Positions 8,940-17,190 of a stretch of DNA of 63,262 nt are shown in pieces. The stretch is from an uncultured Candidatus Saccharibacteria bacterium (GTDB taxonomy: Bacteria; Patescibacteriota; Minisyncoccia; Phycocordibacterales; UBA918). Each line of letters begins with the position of its first letter. Position 1 is the stretch's first letter. The notes under the pieces were generated by a model. It did not search any database. It saw nothing but the letters and a program-made list of their open reading frames with translations, and was not told the DNA's origin. The stretch lies in the NCBI GenBank assembly GCA_964638425.1, contig CAZWYM010000004.1:33301-96562 (forward strand). The letters are read 5' to 3'. Made by a program: the position numbers and the translations under genes.

Positions 8940-9839
8940 ATGGCAAATCGACACCTTTCAAGATCAATCGTTCTTCAATCACTCTTTGAGTGGGATTTAA
9001 ATAATATCGAAAAGAATGAAGTGCACGAGGCACTCGTTCGTAATATTGAAGAATTTGCACCAAACAACGGTGATGCGCCATTTATGAACAAACTCCTCGA
9101 TGGAGTTCTCCAAAAACAAACTGAACTCGACCTCGTTATTGAGAAAGCCGCACCAGAGTGGCCTATCGATAGAATTGCACCTGTAGATAGAAATATTCTC
9201 CGCCTCGGATTATTCGAGCTCCTTTTTGCCGATAGAAAGGAAGTACCCGCAAAGGTTGCTATTAATGAAGCGATTGAATTAGCGAAGCAATTTGGCGGTG
9301 AAAACTCAAGTCGTTTTGTGAACGGTGTACTTGGAGCAGTGTATAAGGAAATCGGTGAACCAGGCAAAGAAGAAATTTCTCGTTCTAAAAAAAAGAAAGA
9401 TATCCCGTTTGAGCAAATGGAGATTGAGCGACTATCGGGTGCAGTAGTGTATGCAATGCATGAAGGAGTTATGTACCTTGCACTCGTGCATGACATTTTT
9501 GGTCACTGGACGCTATCAAAGGGAAGAATCGAAAGTAGCGAATCTGTGGAGGTGGGAGCGGTTCGTTCAATTAAGGATGAGATTGGCCTGACCGTAGTGA
9601 TTGAAGCTGAACTCGGTAAGAATGAGTACGTTGCGTCACACCCAGAAAAGGGGAAGGTTCGTAAGCAAGTTTCGTACTACCTCGCAAAGGCAGAGTATGA
9701 GAATCTCACACTTGAACAGAAGGGAGGACTCGACGCGGCACAGTGGTTTAAGGTGGCTGATATTTTGGAGCTCAATTTCTATGAGGATATACTACCTATC
9801 GTCACGAAAGCCGTCACCATGCTCGTTTCGAGGAATTGA
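8940..9839 (+). CDS. nusB: NusB antitermination-factor domain fused to a C-terminal Nudix-like domain
   Basis: N-terminal 140 aa are NusB-like (..DRNILRLGLFELLF...VAINEAIELAKQFGGENSSRFVNGVLG..). C-terminal 150 aa carry a near-Nudix box, G-RIESS-E-SVEVGAV-R-SIKDEIGL. Confidence 0.85.
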   Translation: MANRHLSRSIVLQSLFEWDLNNIEKNEVHEALVRNIEEFAPNNGDAPFMNKLLDGVLQKQTELDLVIEKAAPEWPIDRIAPVDRNILRLGLFELLFADRKEVPAKVAINEAIELAKQFGGENSSRFVNGVLGAVYKEIGEPGKEEISRSKKKKDIPFEQMEIERLSGAVVYAMHEGVMYLALVHDIFGHWTLSKGRIESSESVEVGAVRSIKDEIGLTVVIEAELGKNEYVASHPEKGKVRKQVSYYLAKAEYENLTLEQKGGLDAAQWFKVADILELNFYEDILPIVTKAVTMLVSRN

Positions 9840-9948
9840 GTTAACTACTTCGTTAGACTACGGTGAATTAAATTTCATCGTATAAAACATACGCCTCAAT
9901 TTAATTCCCTTGTCTGTCTTGTATTTATTCTCAATTCCTCCAAACGAG
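9822..9948 (+). repeat. Imperfect-palindrome element, copy C (127 nt), with the conserved apical module
   Basis: Basal helix ctcgtttcgaggaattgag / ctcaattcctccaaacgag (18/19 bp). Box tacttcgtt at 9846-54. Helix gaattaaatt/aatttaattc. Apical tcatcgtataaaacatacgcctc at 9875-97. Confidence 0.8.
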
Positions 9949-10038
9949 TGAATGTTTGCACAAGCATAGAGCGCGTTTAATTTTGCCTGCTGATGTGCGA
10001 ATGACGGTTTAATTTTTTCATGCTAGTCTAAGCGCAAT

Positions 10039-10749
10039 ATGACAGAACCTCAAGCAATTCCAGAAAGCTTAAAAAAACTCGAGAAACTCATCGGAGTTAC
10101 TTTTGCTGACACTAATCATCTCCTCACCGCGATAACCCACCGCTCATATCTGAATGAGCATAGGGAAGCACGGCAACAGCATAATGAGCGGTATGAATTC
10201 CTTGGGGACGCCGTCCTTGAGCTCGTGGTGACTGACTTCCTCTTTAATGCGTACCCAGAAAAGCCGGAAGGTGACCTTACCGCAATCCGTGCAGCACTCG
10301 TGAACACCGTCTCACTTTCTGAGGTTGCATCAAACATGAACATCAATGAGTTTCTTCTCCTCTCAAAGGGAGAAGAACGTGATACCGGACGCGCACGCCA
10401 ATACATTCTCGCAAACACATTCGAGTCTATCATTGGGGCTATTTATCTTGATCAAGGATATGATGCAGCGAAGGAATTTATAGGCGGTCACCTTTTTGAT
10501 AAGACGGCGACGATTATTGCAAAGCGATTATGGCAAGATGCTAAGAGTCGATTCCAGGAACTTGCGCAGGAGCATGCAAGTATTACCCCAAACTATGAAA
10601 CTTTGAGTCAAACGGGTCCAGACCATGACCGTGTATTCACTGTAGGAGTATTCCTCGGTGAAGCTAAAATTGCCGAGGGGAAGGGACGTTCTAAGCAAGA
10701 GGCCGAACAGTCAGCAGCTGAAGCAGGAATTACCGCAAAGGGTTGGTAA
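10039..10749 (+). CDS. rnc: Ribonuclease III
   Basis: Signature ERYEFLGDAVLE and a C-terminal dsRBD (..GPDHDRVFTVGV....GKGRSKQEAEQSAA..). Confidence 0.93.
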   Translation: MTEPQAIPESLKKLEKLIGVTFADTNHLLTAITHRSYLNEHREARQQHNERYEFLGDAVLELVVTDFLFNAYPEKPEGDLTAIRAALVNTVSLSEVASNMNINEFLLLSKGEERDTGRARQYILANTFESIIGAIYLDQGYDAAKEFIGGHLFDKTATIIAKRLWQDAKSRFQELAQEHASITPNYETLSQTGPDHDRVFTVGVFLGEAKIAEGKGRSKQEAEQSAAEAGITAKGW

Positions 10750-10834
10750 AACGCTACTGCTCTCGCAAGTGAGACAGTCAACTCATTAACACTTGGAAAG
10801 CGTTCTTATCATTTTGCCATGCTAAAATAGAGAC

Positions 10835-11326
10835 ATGAGTTTTTTCGTGTCCCATAAACGCGGTGGATTTTCAATAGCCGAGGTTATTGTTGCGGTAAGT
10901 ATTATTGCACTTCTCGCTTCTGTAGTGATTGTAAACGTGCAAGACGGTCGCAAAAAAGCGCGTGACGCACAGCGTGTGAGTGACTTGCAACAACTACAGT
11001 TGGCAATTCGTGCATACCGCGATGCAAATAGTAGTGATTATCCCGCATCTCTTTCAGGAGAATTAGTTGCGAGGGGTTCAGGCATGGGCGCACTCACCGT
11101 CTCATACCTCACAAAAGCATTAACTGACCCTCTCACCGGAACTTCAGGGTATGGATACTATTACGACACCTCATATACCTGCAATGGATCGCATGTTGTT
11201 TTGATTGCGCGCACGATGGAACGAACGGGTTCAGGAAATTTCGCAAGCAAGTGTGGCTCAGGCCCGTACGAGGCAACTGCTGGAATTACTCCAACAGCGA
11301 GTTCATATATCCTTATTTTGAAGTAG
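10835..11326 (+). CDS. Type IV pilin / type II secretion pseudopilin-like protein
   Basis: Prepilin-type N-terminus (KRGGFSIAEVIVAVSIIALLASVVIV), then a ..ARDAQRVSDLQQLQLAI.. helix typical of GspG/PilA-like proteins. Confidence 0.8.
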   Translation: MSFFVSHKRGGFSIAEVIVAVSIIALLASVVIVNVQDGRKKARDAQRVSDLQQLQLAIRAYRDANSSDYPASLSGELVARGSGMGALTVSYLTKALTDPLTGTSGYGYYYDTSYTCNGSHVVLIARTMERTGSGNFASKCGSGPYEATAGITPTASSYILILK

Positions 11327-11327
11327 T

Positions 11328-13625
11328 ATGCATCTCAAAGAACTCACCATTAACGGTTTCAAATCATTCGCACGAAAAGGCGAGCTTGAGTTCACGACTC
11401 CAGTCACCGCTATTGTTGGTCCAAACGGTTCAGGGAAATCAAATGTTGCTGAGGCGTTTCGCTTTGTGCTCGGGGAACAGTCAATTAAGTCGATGCGTGG
11501 GAAGAAAGGTGAAGATCTTATTTTTAATGGTTCGGAGAGTATCTCTCGCTCAAACCGAGCATCAGTAACGATTACACTTCTCAATCCACTTAAAAATGGA
11601 ACCCGTGTATTCCCACTCGACTTCGATGAAATCACGATTGAACGTGTTGTGAATCGTGATGGAACAAATGAGTATTCTATAAACGGCTCGAAGACGCGTC
11701 TTAAGGACGTACAGGAAATTCTCGCAGTTGCCAATATCGGTTCTACCGGTCACCATATTATTTCACAAGGTGAAGCCGACCGTATTCTTTCAGCAAATCC
11801 AAAGGAACGGCGCGAGATGATTGAGGATGCACTCGGACTAAAAGTATTTCAATACAAAAAAGCAGAGAGTGAACGAAAACTAAAAAAGACACTCGAAAAT
11901 ATCGCCCAAGTAGAATCAATCAGACGCGAAGTGTCACCGCACTTAAAGTTTCTTGAAAAGCAAATCAAAAAAATTGAGCGCTCGCTAGAACTGCAGGAGG
12001 AATTGAAGCATGTGTATGCTGATTATTTGAAACGTGAAGATACATACATTGCTTTTCACTTTGACCGGCTAAATGAAGCGAGAATGGCGCCTGAGGCACG
12101 CTTAAAGAAGCTTGCAGATGCACTCATGGAAGCGAAGGCAAAGCTCCAAGTGCGCGAGCAGGACGATACACGCGATGACCTCGTCTCACTTGAAGGAAGG
12201 ATGCGTGATGTACGTCATAAACGACAAGAAACTGCACGAACCATTGGTCAGCTAGAAGGGCAGATACTTTTTCTTGAGCGACAAATTAAGGAGAAGCAGA
12301 AGAGACAACAAACAGAGGAGGATACGCCAATACCTCGCGCTGAGTTCAAAAAGGCACTCGAACACATAGAGCGTGATGTTACACAAGCACTTTCAAATGG
12401 TGACGTAAAAGTTCTTACGCGAGTACTCGGTGATATTGTTGATTCATTAAAGGTGCTTCTTGCACACACCTTTAAGGGGGATGATGGGAAAGCAGAAAAA
12501 GCACTCGAGGATGAGCTTGAGACATTAACGAAGGAGAAAGAGCGCGCACTCAAGGAAACTGAAGGCATCCATGCTGAGGAAGTGCAACTCTCTGAAGAAT
12601 ACGAAGCGATTAAGAAATCGATTGAATCAGAAAGCGCAGAGAGTCGTGAAGCGGAGCGTGAAGTCTTTACCCTCATGAATGAACAGCGTGAGCTCGAACA
12701 AAAGATTGATGCAATTGATAGAGAACTTTCGATGCTCGAACGTGACCGTTCAGAATTTAAGGAGGAACTGCAAGAAGCTGTCTCACTCCTCGGCCGTGGC
12801 GCGAGTATGTATTTTGAATACGTTGTCCAGGATGGAGAAGGAAAGGCGCTTAATCCAGAGGTGATAGTGAAAGAGGAACGAACACTTCAAATCAATAGAC
12901 ATCGAGAGCTCGAGCGTATGAAAATCCGGCTTGAGGAGCTGGGTACCGGCTCAAATGAAGACGTGATGAAAGAATACAAAGAAGTGAAAGAGCGCGACGA
13001 ATTCCTCGTACGCGAAATTGCTGACTTAACTGAATCCGTTCATAAACTTGAAGCCCTCATACAAGAACTCGTGACTGACCTCAATGAGCAATTTGTTACT
13101 GGTATCGAAAAGATTGGAACAGAGTTTAGTCGTTTCTTCATACTGATGTTTGGAGGCGGAAGTGCGGAACTTGTTCGTGTGAAGCCAAAAGTGATGAAGA
13201 AGAAAGATGAAGACGGTTTACTCGAAGGTGACGCTGAGGAGGGTATCGATGAAGGTGAAGAAGAAACTGAAGAGGGAATAGAGATTGACGTAAAGCTTCC
13301 CAATAAGCGCGTACGGGGTCTCGACATGCTCTCTGGAGGCGAACGAGCACTCACTTCGATTGCGCTCATCTTTGCAATGAGTCAGGTGAACCCACCACTC
13401 TTTGTTATTCTCGATGAGACTGATGCTGCTCTCGATGAAGCAAATAGTCGAAGATACGGTGATATGATTTCTGCGCTTGCAGAAAAGTCACAACTTATTC
13501 TCATCACACATAACCGTGAGACGATGGGACGAGCCGGTGTACTCTATGGAGTCACTATGGCAGGGGACGGCGTCAGTAAATTATTATCAGTCAAATTTGA
13601 TGAGGCGATAGCAGTGGCTAAGTAG
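11328..13625 (+). CDS. smc: SMC-family ATPase, unusually short (765 aa), with no obvious hinge domain
   Basis: N-terminal head MHLKELTINGFKSF..IVGPNGSGKSNV..FVLGEQS.KSMRG. Long coiled-coil heptad-rich middle. C-terminal head LSGGERALTSIALIFA...FVILDETDAALD. Confidence 0.8.
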   Translation: MHLKELTINGFKSFARKGELEFTTPVTAIVGPNGSGKSNVAEAFRFVLGEQSIKSMRGKKGEDLIFNGSESISRSNRASVTITLLNPLKNGTRVFPLDFDEITIERVVNRDGTNEYSINGSKTRLKDVQEILAVANIGSTGHHIISQGEADRILSANPKERREMIEDALGLKVFQYKKAESERKLKKTLENIAQVESIRREVSPHLKFLEKQIKKIERSLELQEELKHVYADYLKREDTYIAFHFDRLNEARMAPEARLKKLADALMEAKAKLQVREQDDTRDDLVSLEGRMRDVRHKRQETARTIGQLEGQILFLERQIKEKQKRQQTEEDTPIPRAEFKKALEHIERDVTQALSNGDVKVLTRVLGDIVDSLKVLLAHTFKGDDGKAEKALEDELETLTKEKERALKETEGIHAEEVQLSEEYEAIKKSIESESAESREAEREVFTLMNEQRELEQKIDAIDRELSMLERDRSEFKEELQEAVSLLGRGASMYFEYVVQDGEGKALNPEVIVKEERTLQINRHRELERMKIRLEELGTGSNEDVMKEYKEVKERDEFLVREIADLTESVHKLEALIQELVTDLNEQFVTGIEKIGTEFSRFFILMFGGGSAELVRVKPKVMKKKDEDGLLEGDAEEGIDEGEEETEEGIEIDVKLPNKRVRGLDMLSGGERALTSIALIFAMSQVNPPLFVILDETDAALDEANSRRYGDMISALAEKSQLILITHNRETMGRAGVLYGVTMAGDGVSKLLSVKFDEAIAVAK

Positions 13626-13861
13626 TAAAGTGAGACGTGAGGAAGTGTGGGGCACTTCCGCAAGACCTTGAGCAGTTTTTGCGAAAGGCTGAAACAAGGA
13701 TTGTTTCAGAAGGTTCTTAATTTATTTAGAACCTGAACAGAATCTGTAAGATTTACAGCTCCTGTATGCAAAGCATCCTTGAACTGCATTCGCATCTTAA
13801 ATCAAAGTAAACTTTGATTTAAATACTCATTTGTTCAAGTAAGGAGGCAGTAGCGGTGGCG

Positions 13862-13897
13862 AAATAAAAAATCCCGACCTTATAAAAGTCGGGATTT
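13862..13897 (-). terminator. Intrinsic terminator of the sigma-factor operon
   Basis: On the minus strand: atcccgac-ttttataag-gtcgggat-tttttattt. Confidence 0.8.
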
Positions 13898-13911
13898 GGA
13901 TTATCTCTATT

Positions 13912-14136
13912 TCAGTCGCAGAGTGTCACGCCTGTTTGAACACGATGTACCCACTGCTCAGCAAATTCTATTATTTGCACTTGATCGACATTCTTATTCG
14001 TACTTATCTTTAATGTAGTATTTCTACCTAAGATTTTCTTCCAATACCACTTGTAGGGTATAACACTTTGTAACTCTTCCAAGAACTCTTCTTTGGAGCT
14101 ATTATCTCCACATAAAATCATTGAAAACGTGGTCAT
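13912..14136 (-). CDS. Hypothetical small protein (74 aa), downstream of and co-oriented with the sigma factor gene
   Basis: ATG 14136 with an aaGGAtGAG SD-like sequence upstream. A strong minus-strand terminator lies directly downstream. Confidence 0.5.
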   Translation of the reverse strand: MTTFSMILCGDNSSKEEFLEELQSVIPYKWYWKKILGRNTTLKISTNKNVDQVQIIEFAEQWVHRVQTGVTLCD

Positions 14137-14215
14137 CTCTCATCCTTTCGTCAATGGTGAACCAATGAATATTATGGCACAAAAACAGTAAATTGCAATA
14201 GTAGTGAGCTGTTTC

Positions 14216-14749
14216 CTAATGAGTGTGGTTGTAGAGTACTGTAAGCTTTTCCATTCCTCGGTGCGCCTGTACCGCAACAGCGTTCCTTGTTTGTCCGGTT
14301 ATGAGCGAAATTTCTTTTAGAGATAAATCTTGAATGTACCGCATACGTAGTATTTTTTGATACACAGGGGGGAGCTCAGCAATGAGAAGTAGTGCATCTT
14401 CGCCATCTAGGATATCAATTTTTCGCTGGTAGTCACTCGTTGCATGTGGTTCAAATCCTTTTTCGAGAAGGAGGTCGAGTGACGTTGGTTTGTTTTTTCG
14501 GTATTCGTCAACGATGAGGTGTCTTAATATATGGTAAAGGAAAGCCTTCATGCTATCAATCTTTTCATTTTTCACGAGATACATCCATGTTTTAACAAAG
14601 GTGTCTTGCACTAAATCATCACTTAATGCGTGATTGTTTGTTTTGAAGTACGCATAGGTATTAAGATCTTTTTCATAATCACAATACGCAACACCCATTG
14701 CATCTTCCTGCGTTGTCTTGTCGCCTTTTTTGAGAGTATATGTCTTCAT
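14216..14749 (-). CDS. RNA polymerase sigma-70 family factor, ECF-type (regions 2 and 4 only)
   Basis: Region 2 (..DLVQDTFVKTWMYL......FLYHILRHLIVDEYRK..) and region 4 HTH (..ILRMRYIQDLSLKEISLITGQTRNAVAVQAHRG..). The alternative upstream ATG is at 14779. Confidence 0.8.
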   Translation of the reverse strand: MKTYTLKKGDKTTQEDAMGVAYCDYEKDLNTYAYFKTNNHALSDDLVQDTFVKTWMYLVKNEKIDSMKAFLYHILRHLIVDEYRKNKPTSLDLLLEKGFEPHATSDYQRKIDILDGEDALLLIAELPPVYQKILRMRYIQDLSLKEISLITGQTRNAVAVQAHRGMEKLTVLYNHTH

Positions 14750-14993
14750 ACATAAGAGCCGGTTTGAAGGGCTTTTCATTACAAGAGTGTTACTGCAAAT
14801 AAGTCATTTGCAGACAATATCTATATATGTGGCTGTGGAGTCATGGTGTGTTGACCCCGTATCATTACATCGATATTACGATGTTGTTGTGAGAAAGCGA
14901 TACTTGTATATGGAGTATAGCACATTTTGGTAGTACAGAGTGAAACTTACATAAATTGTTGTAATAATTTTGGTAGCAAAACGGCGTAATGAC

Positions 14994-15581
14994 ATGATAA
15001 CTAATAAAAAAGATGGGGAGACAATTTCGAAACTAATAAACAGGGCAGATTTTGTGGAAAGTTTTAGTAAGGAATGCTGGATGTATATCAAAACCGTAGT
15101 TGATATTGTTCGTGAACCAATTCTTGTTTTAGATAAAGACCTCAGGGTGCTGACAGCGAATGAAACATTCTATCGGATGTTCCAGGTTGAACAGAAGGAT
15201 ACCGAAGGAAAAATAGTATACAAGCTTGGAAATGGTCAGTGGAATATTCCAGCGCTCAGGAAACTCCTTGAAGAGATTTTACCCCAGAATACCTTCTTTA
15301 AAGGTTTTGAGATGACTCACGACTTTCAATTTATTGGGAGGAAATCAATGGTTCTTAATGCGCGTCAGATTCATACCGTAGAAAACGGAAACCCACCGCT
15401 TCTTCCGCCAATGATATTTCTTGCAATGGAAGATACCACAGCAATAATGGCTGTTGCGGAAACACTCGCCGTCCATGTAAAGGAGCTTGCTGCAAAGAAC
15501 GCAGATAGAACATTGAAACTAGAAATGTATGTTGAAAAGTTAGAAAAACAAATTAAAACACAAAAAAATATTTCAAAGTAG
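14994..15581 (+). CDS. Stand-alone PAS-domain protein with a C-terminal coiled coil
   Basis: ..IVREPILVLDKDLRVLTANETFYRMFQV...GKIVYKLGNGQWNIPALRKLLEEIL......FEMTHDF..IGRKSMVLNARQI... is a PAS-fold pattern. The track start at 14970 is TTG; the first ATG is 14994. Confidence 0.7.
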   Translation: MITNKKDGETISKLINRADFVESFSKECWMYIKTVVDIVREPILVLDKDLRVLTANETFYRMFQVEQKDTEGKIVYKLGNGQWNIPALRKLLEEILPQNTFFKGFEMTHDFQFIGRKSMVLNARQIHTVENGNPPLLPPMIFLAMEDTTAIMAVAETLAVHVKELAAKNADRTLKLEMYVEKLEKQIKTQKNISK

Positions 15582-15679
15582 GCGTCCTTGTAATCAGATT
15601 GCATATGCAACGGCTGGTATGGTAGTAGAGACATATGAAATATCCCTGCATTAAAAATATCTATAATAATTCAAATAAT

Positions 15680-15949
15680 ATGACAAACACATCTAGATTG
15701 TTCTCAGTTCAAAATGTAACACTTGCAATTTTTGCAGTAGTTGCAATTACTCTCTTTGGGTTCACCGCATCTGCACACGCAGCATCATATGCGTACGTTA
15801 CTACAACAGGCGAGGTTAAGTCGGTCACCGCTGATAATTGGATGACTGCAATTAATACCGCTCCTGGCATACACATGCACAGTGGCGTGCTTCTCCTTAA
15901 GGAAGCAGGAGACTTCCAAGTTGTCGGAGACGATGTTCCCGCATTCTAA
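15680..15949 (+). CDS. Small secreted protein (signal peptide ...FTASAHA/AS)
   Basis: Hydrophobic h-region and an AHA cleavage-type site. The alternative start is ATG 15635. A terminator follows. Confidence 0.55.
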   Translation: MTNTSRLFSVQNVTLAIFAVVAITLFGFTASAHAASYAYVTTTGEVKSVTADNWMTAINTAPGIHMHSGVLLLKEAGDFQVVGDDVPAF

Positions 15950-15965
15950 TAAGTGAACACATATC

Positions 15966-15999
15966 AAAATCTGGACTCATTGTGATGTCCAGATTTTTG
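15966..15999 (+). terminator. Intrinsic terminator
   Basis: atctggac-tcattgtgat-gtccagat-ttttt. Confidence 0.75.
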
Positions 16000-16083
16000 A
16001 GTACTGCATGAATGAGTAAAAGTGTTTTTCTCAAGATATACATATGAGTAATTAAGAGTATGCTTACCATGCATCAAATAACT

Positions 16084-17190
16084 ATGAAAATAAAAAAATA
16101 CAAAGGAGCGCTCGGACGTATTGTGTATCTCGCACTTGCAGTTGTTATTGTGTGCGCACCTCTTAAAACTTCTGCATCAAATGAAAAACTCACGTGTTCA
16201 CTTCGAGTAACAACTGAAGTTGGTAGTGTCGTGATAGATGGTGAAAAGGATGTGTTGCTCAGAAAAGGAAGTGCAGTGCAGATTGCTTGGGAAAGTACCG
16301 GTGCGACGAAGGCAAAAAATGAAAAGGGGGTGAGCATTGCGCTTTCTGGAGCAGGAACAACCTCACCAAACAAAACTGTCAAGTATACATATCGGTTTAG
16401 TAATAAGAGTAAGAGTGTCACCTGTTCAGCAACAGTACACGTAGTGGAGGGGAGTATTGCCACAACATCACTTACTTCACAGACATCCAAGCCCACCATT
16501 ACCGGAAAAATATCAGGAGTTAAAACAATACAACTGAAAATATATAAAGAGGGAAGCACGAAAGCCTACTTCTCGAGCTCAGTTGTAAAAGTGAAAAATG
16601 GATCTTGGAAAACAAAAATTCTAAAGAAGCTTCCGGACGGGAACTACATTGTTAACGTTTTGGGTGAAAAAAACATGGCACTTAACACTATTGTGAGTGG
16701 GAAGATACACATTGGTAGTGGGGTGGCGGGAAGTGGAAAGTCATCAGCAATTCTTGTTGTTGAGTCGGTTCCACTCTTAGGTGGAGGAACGATTCAGTCA
16801 GGTGCCACTGCACCAGTATCATATTTGCAAGTCATCAATATCGGGAAAGAAATTGCGCAGGTAAAGGGTTTCTGGGTTAAGCAGAATGGCTCTGCTCCTA
16901 CGGAGTCTATCATTGGGCTTACGATAGTTGATGATACAGAAAGCGCTCGAGGTTCGATAGGTGGTACCGAGGGAGCTGTACTATTCAAGAATGGATCTGC
17001 GCTCGTCCCGATTGATGCGTCATTGCTTCCAGGACAAATGCGCCTCTTTACCATTAAGGCAGTCCTCACAAAAAATCTCACTCCGTATCTAGGGAGAGAA
17101 TTAAAAATTATCGTTACGTCCATGGATACTACTGCGTCAGTTAAAAGTCAGTTTCCAATATATGGAACTACATGGACCTTCGTACATTAG
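16084..17190 (+). CDS. Exported protein with Ig-like/beta-rich modules
   Basis: MKIKKYKGALGRIVYLALAVVIVCAPLKTSASNE signal peptide. A C..V......V..G..V.I.W.S.GA module resembles those in the CDS at 1-1911. Confidence 0.65.
   Translation: MKIKKYKGALGRIVYLALAVVIVCAPLKTSASNEKLTCSLRVTTEVGSVVIDGEKDVLLRKGSAVQIAWESTGATKAKNEKGVSIALSGAGTTSPNKTVKYTYRFSNKSKSVTCSATVHVVEGSIATTSLTSQTSKPTITGKISGVKTIQLKIYKEGSTKAYFSSSVVKVKNGSWKTKILKKLPDGNYIVNVLGEKNMALNTIVSGKIHIGSGVAGSGKSSAILVVESVPLLGGGTIQSGATAPVSYLQVINIGKEIAQVKGFWVKQNGSAPTESIIGLTIVDDTESARGSIGGTEGAVLFKNGSALVPIDASLLPGQMRLFTIKAVLTKNLTPYLGRELKIIVTSMDTTASVKSQFPIYGTTWTFVH

Noticed and set aside
13834-13866. Strong SD (aAGGAGG) followed by GTG GCG AAA TAA.
   Set aside because: It would encode only a 3-residue peptide, so the resemblance is probably fortuitous. 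I note it only as part of the structured intergenic region.
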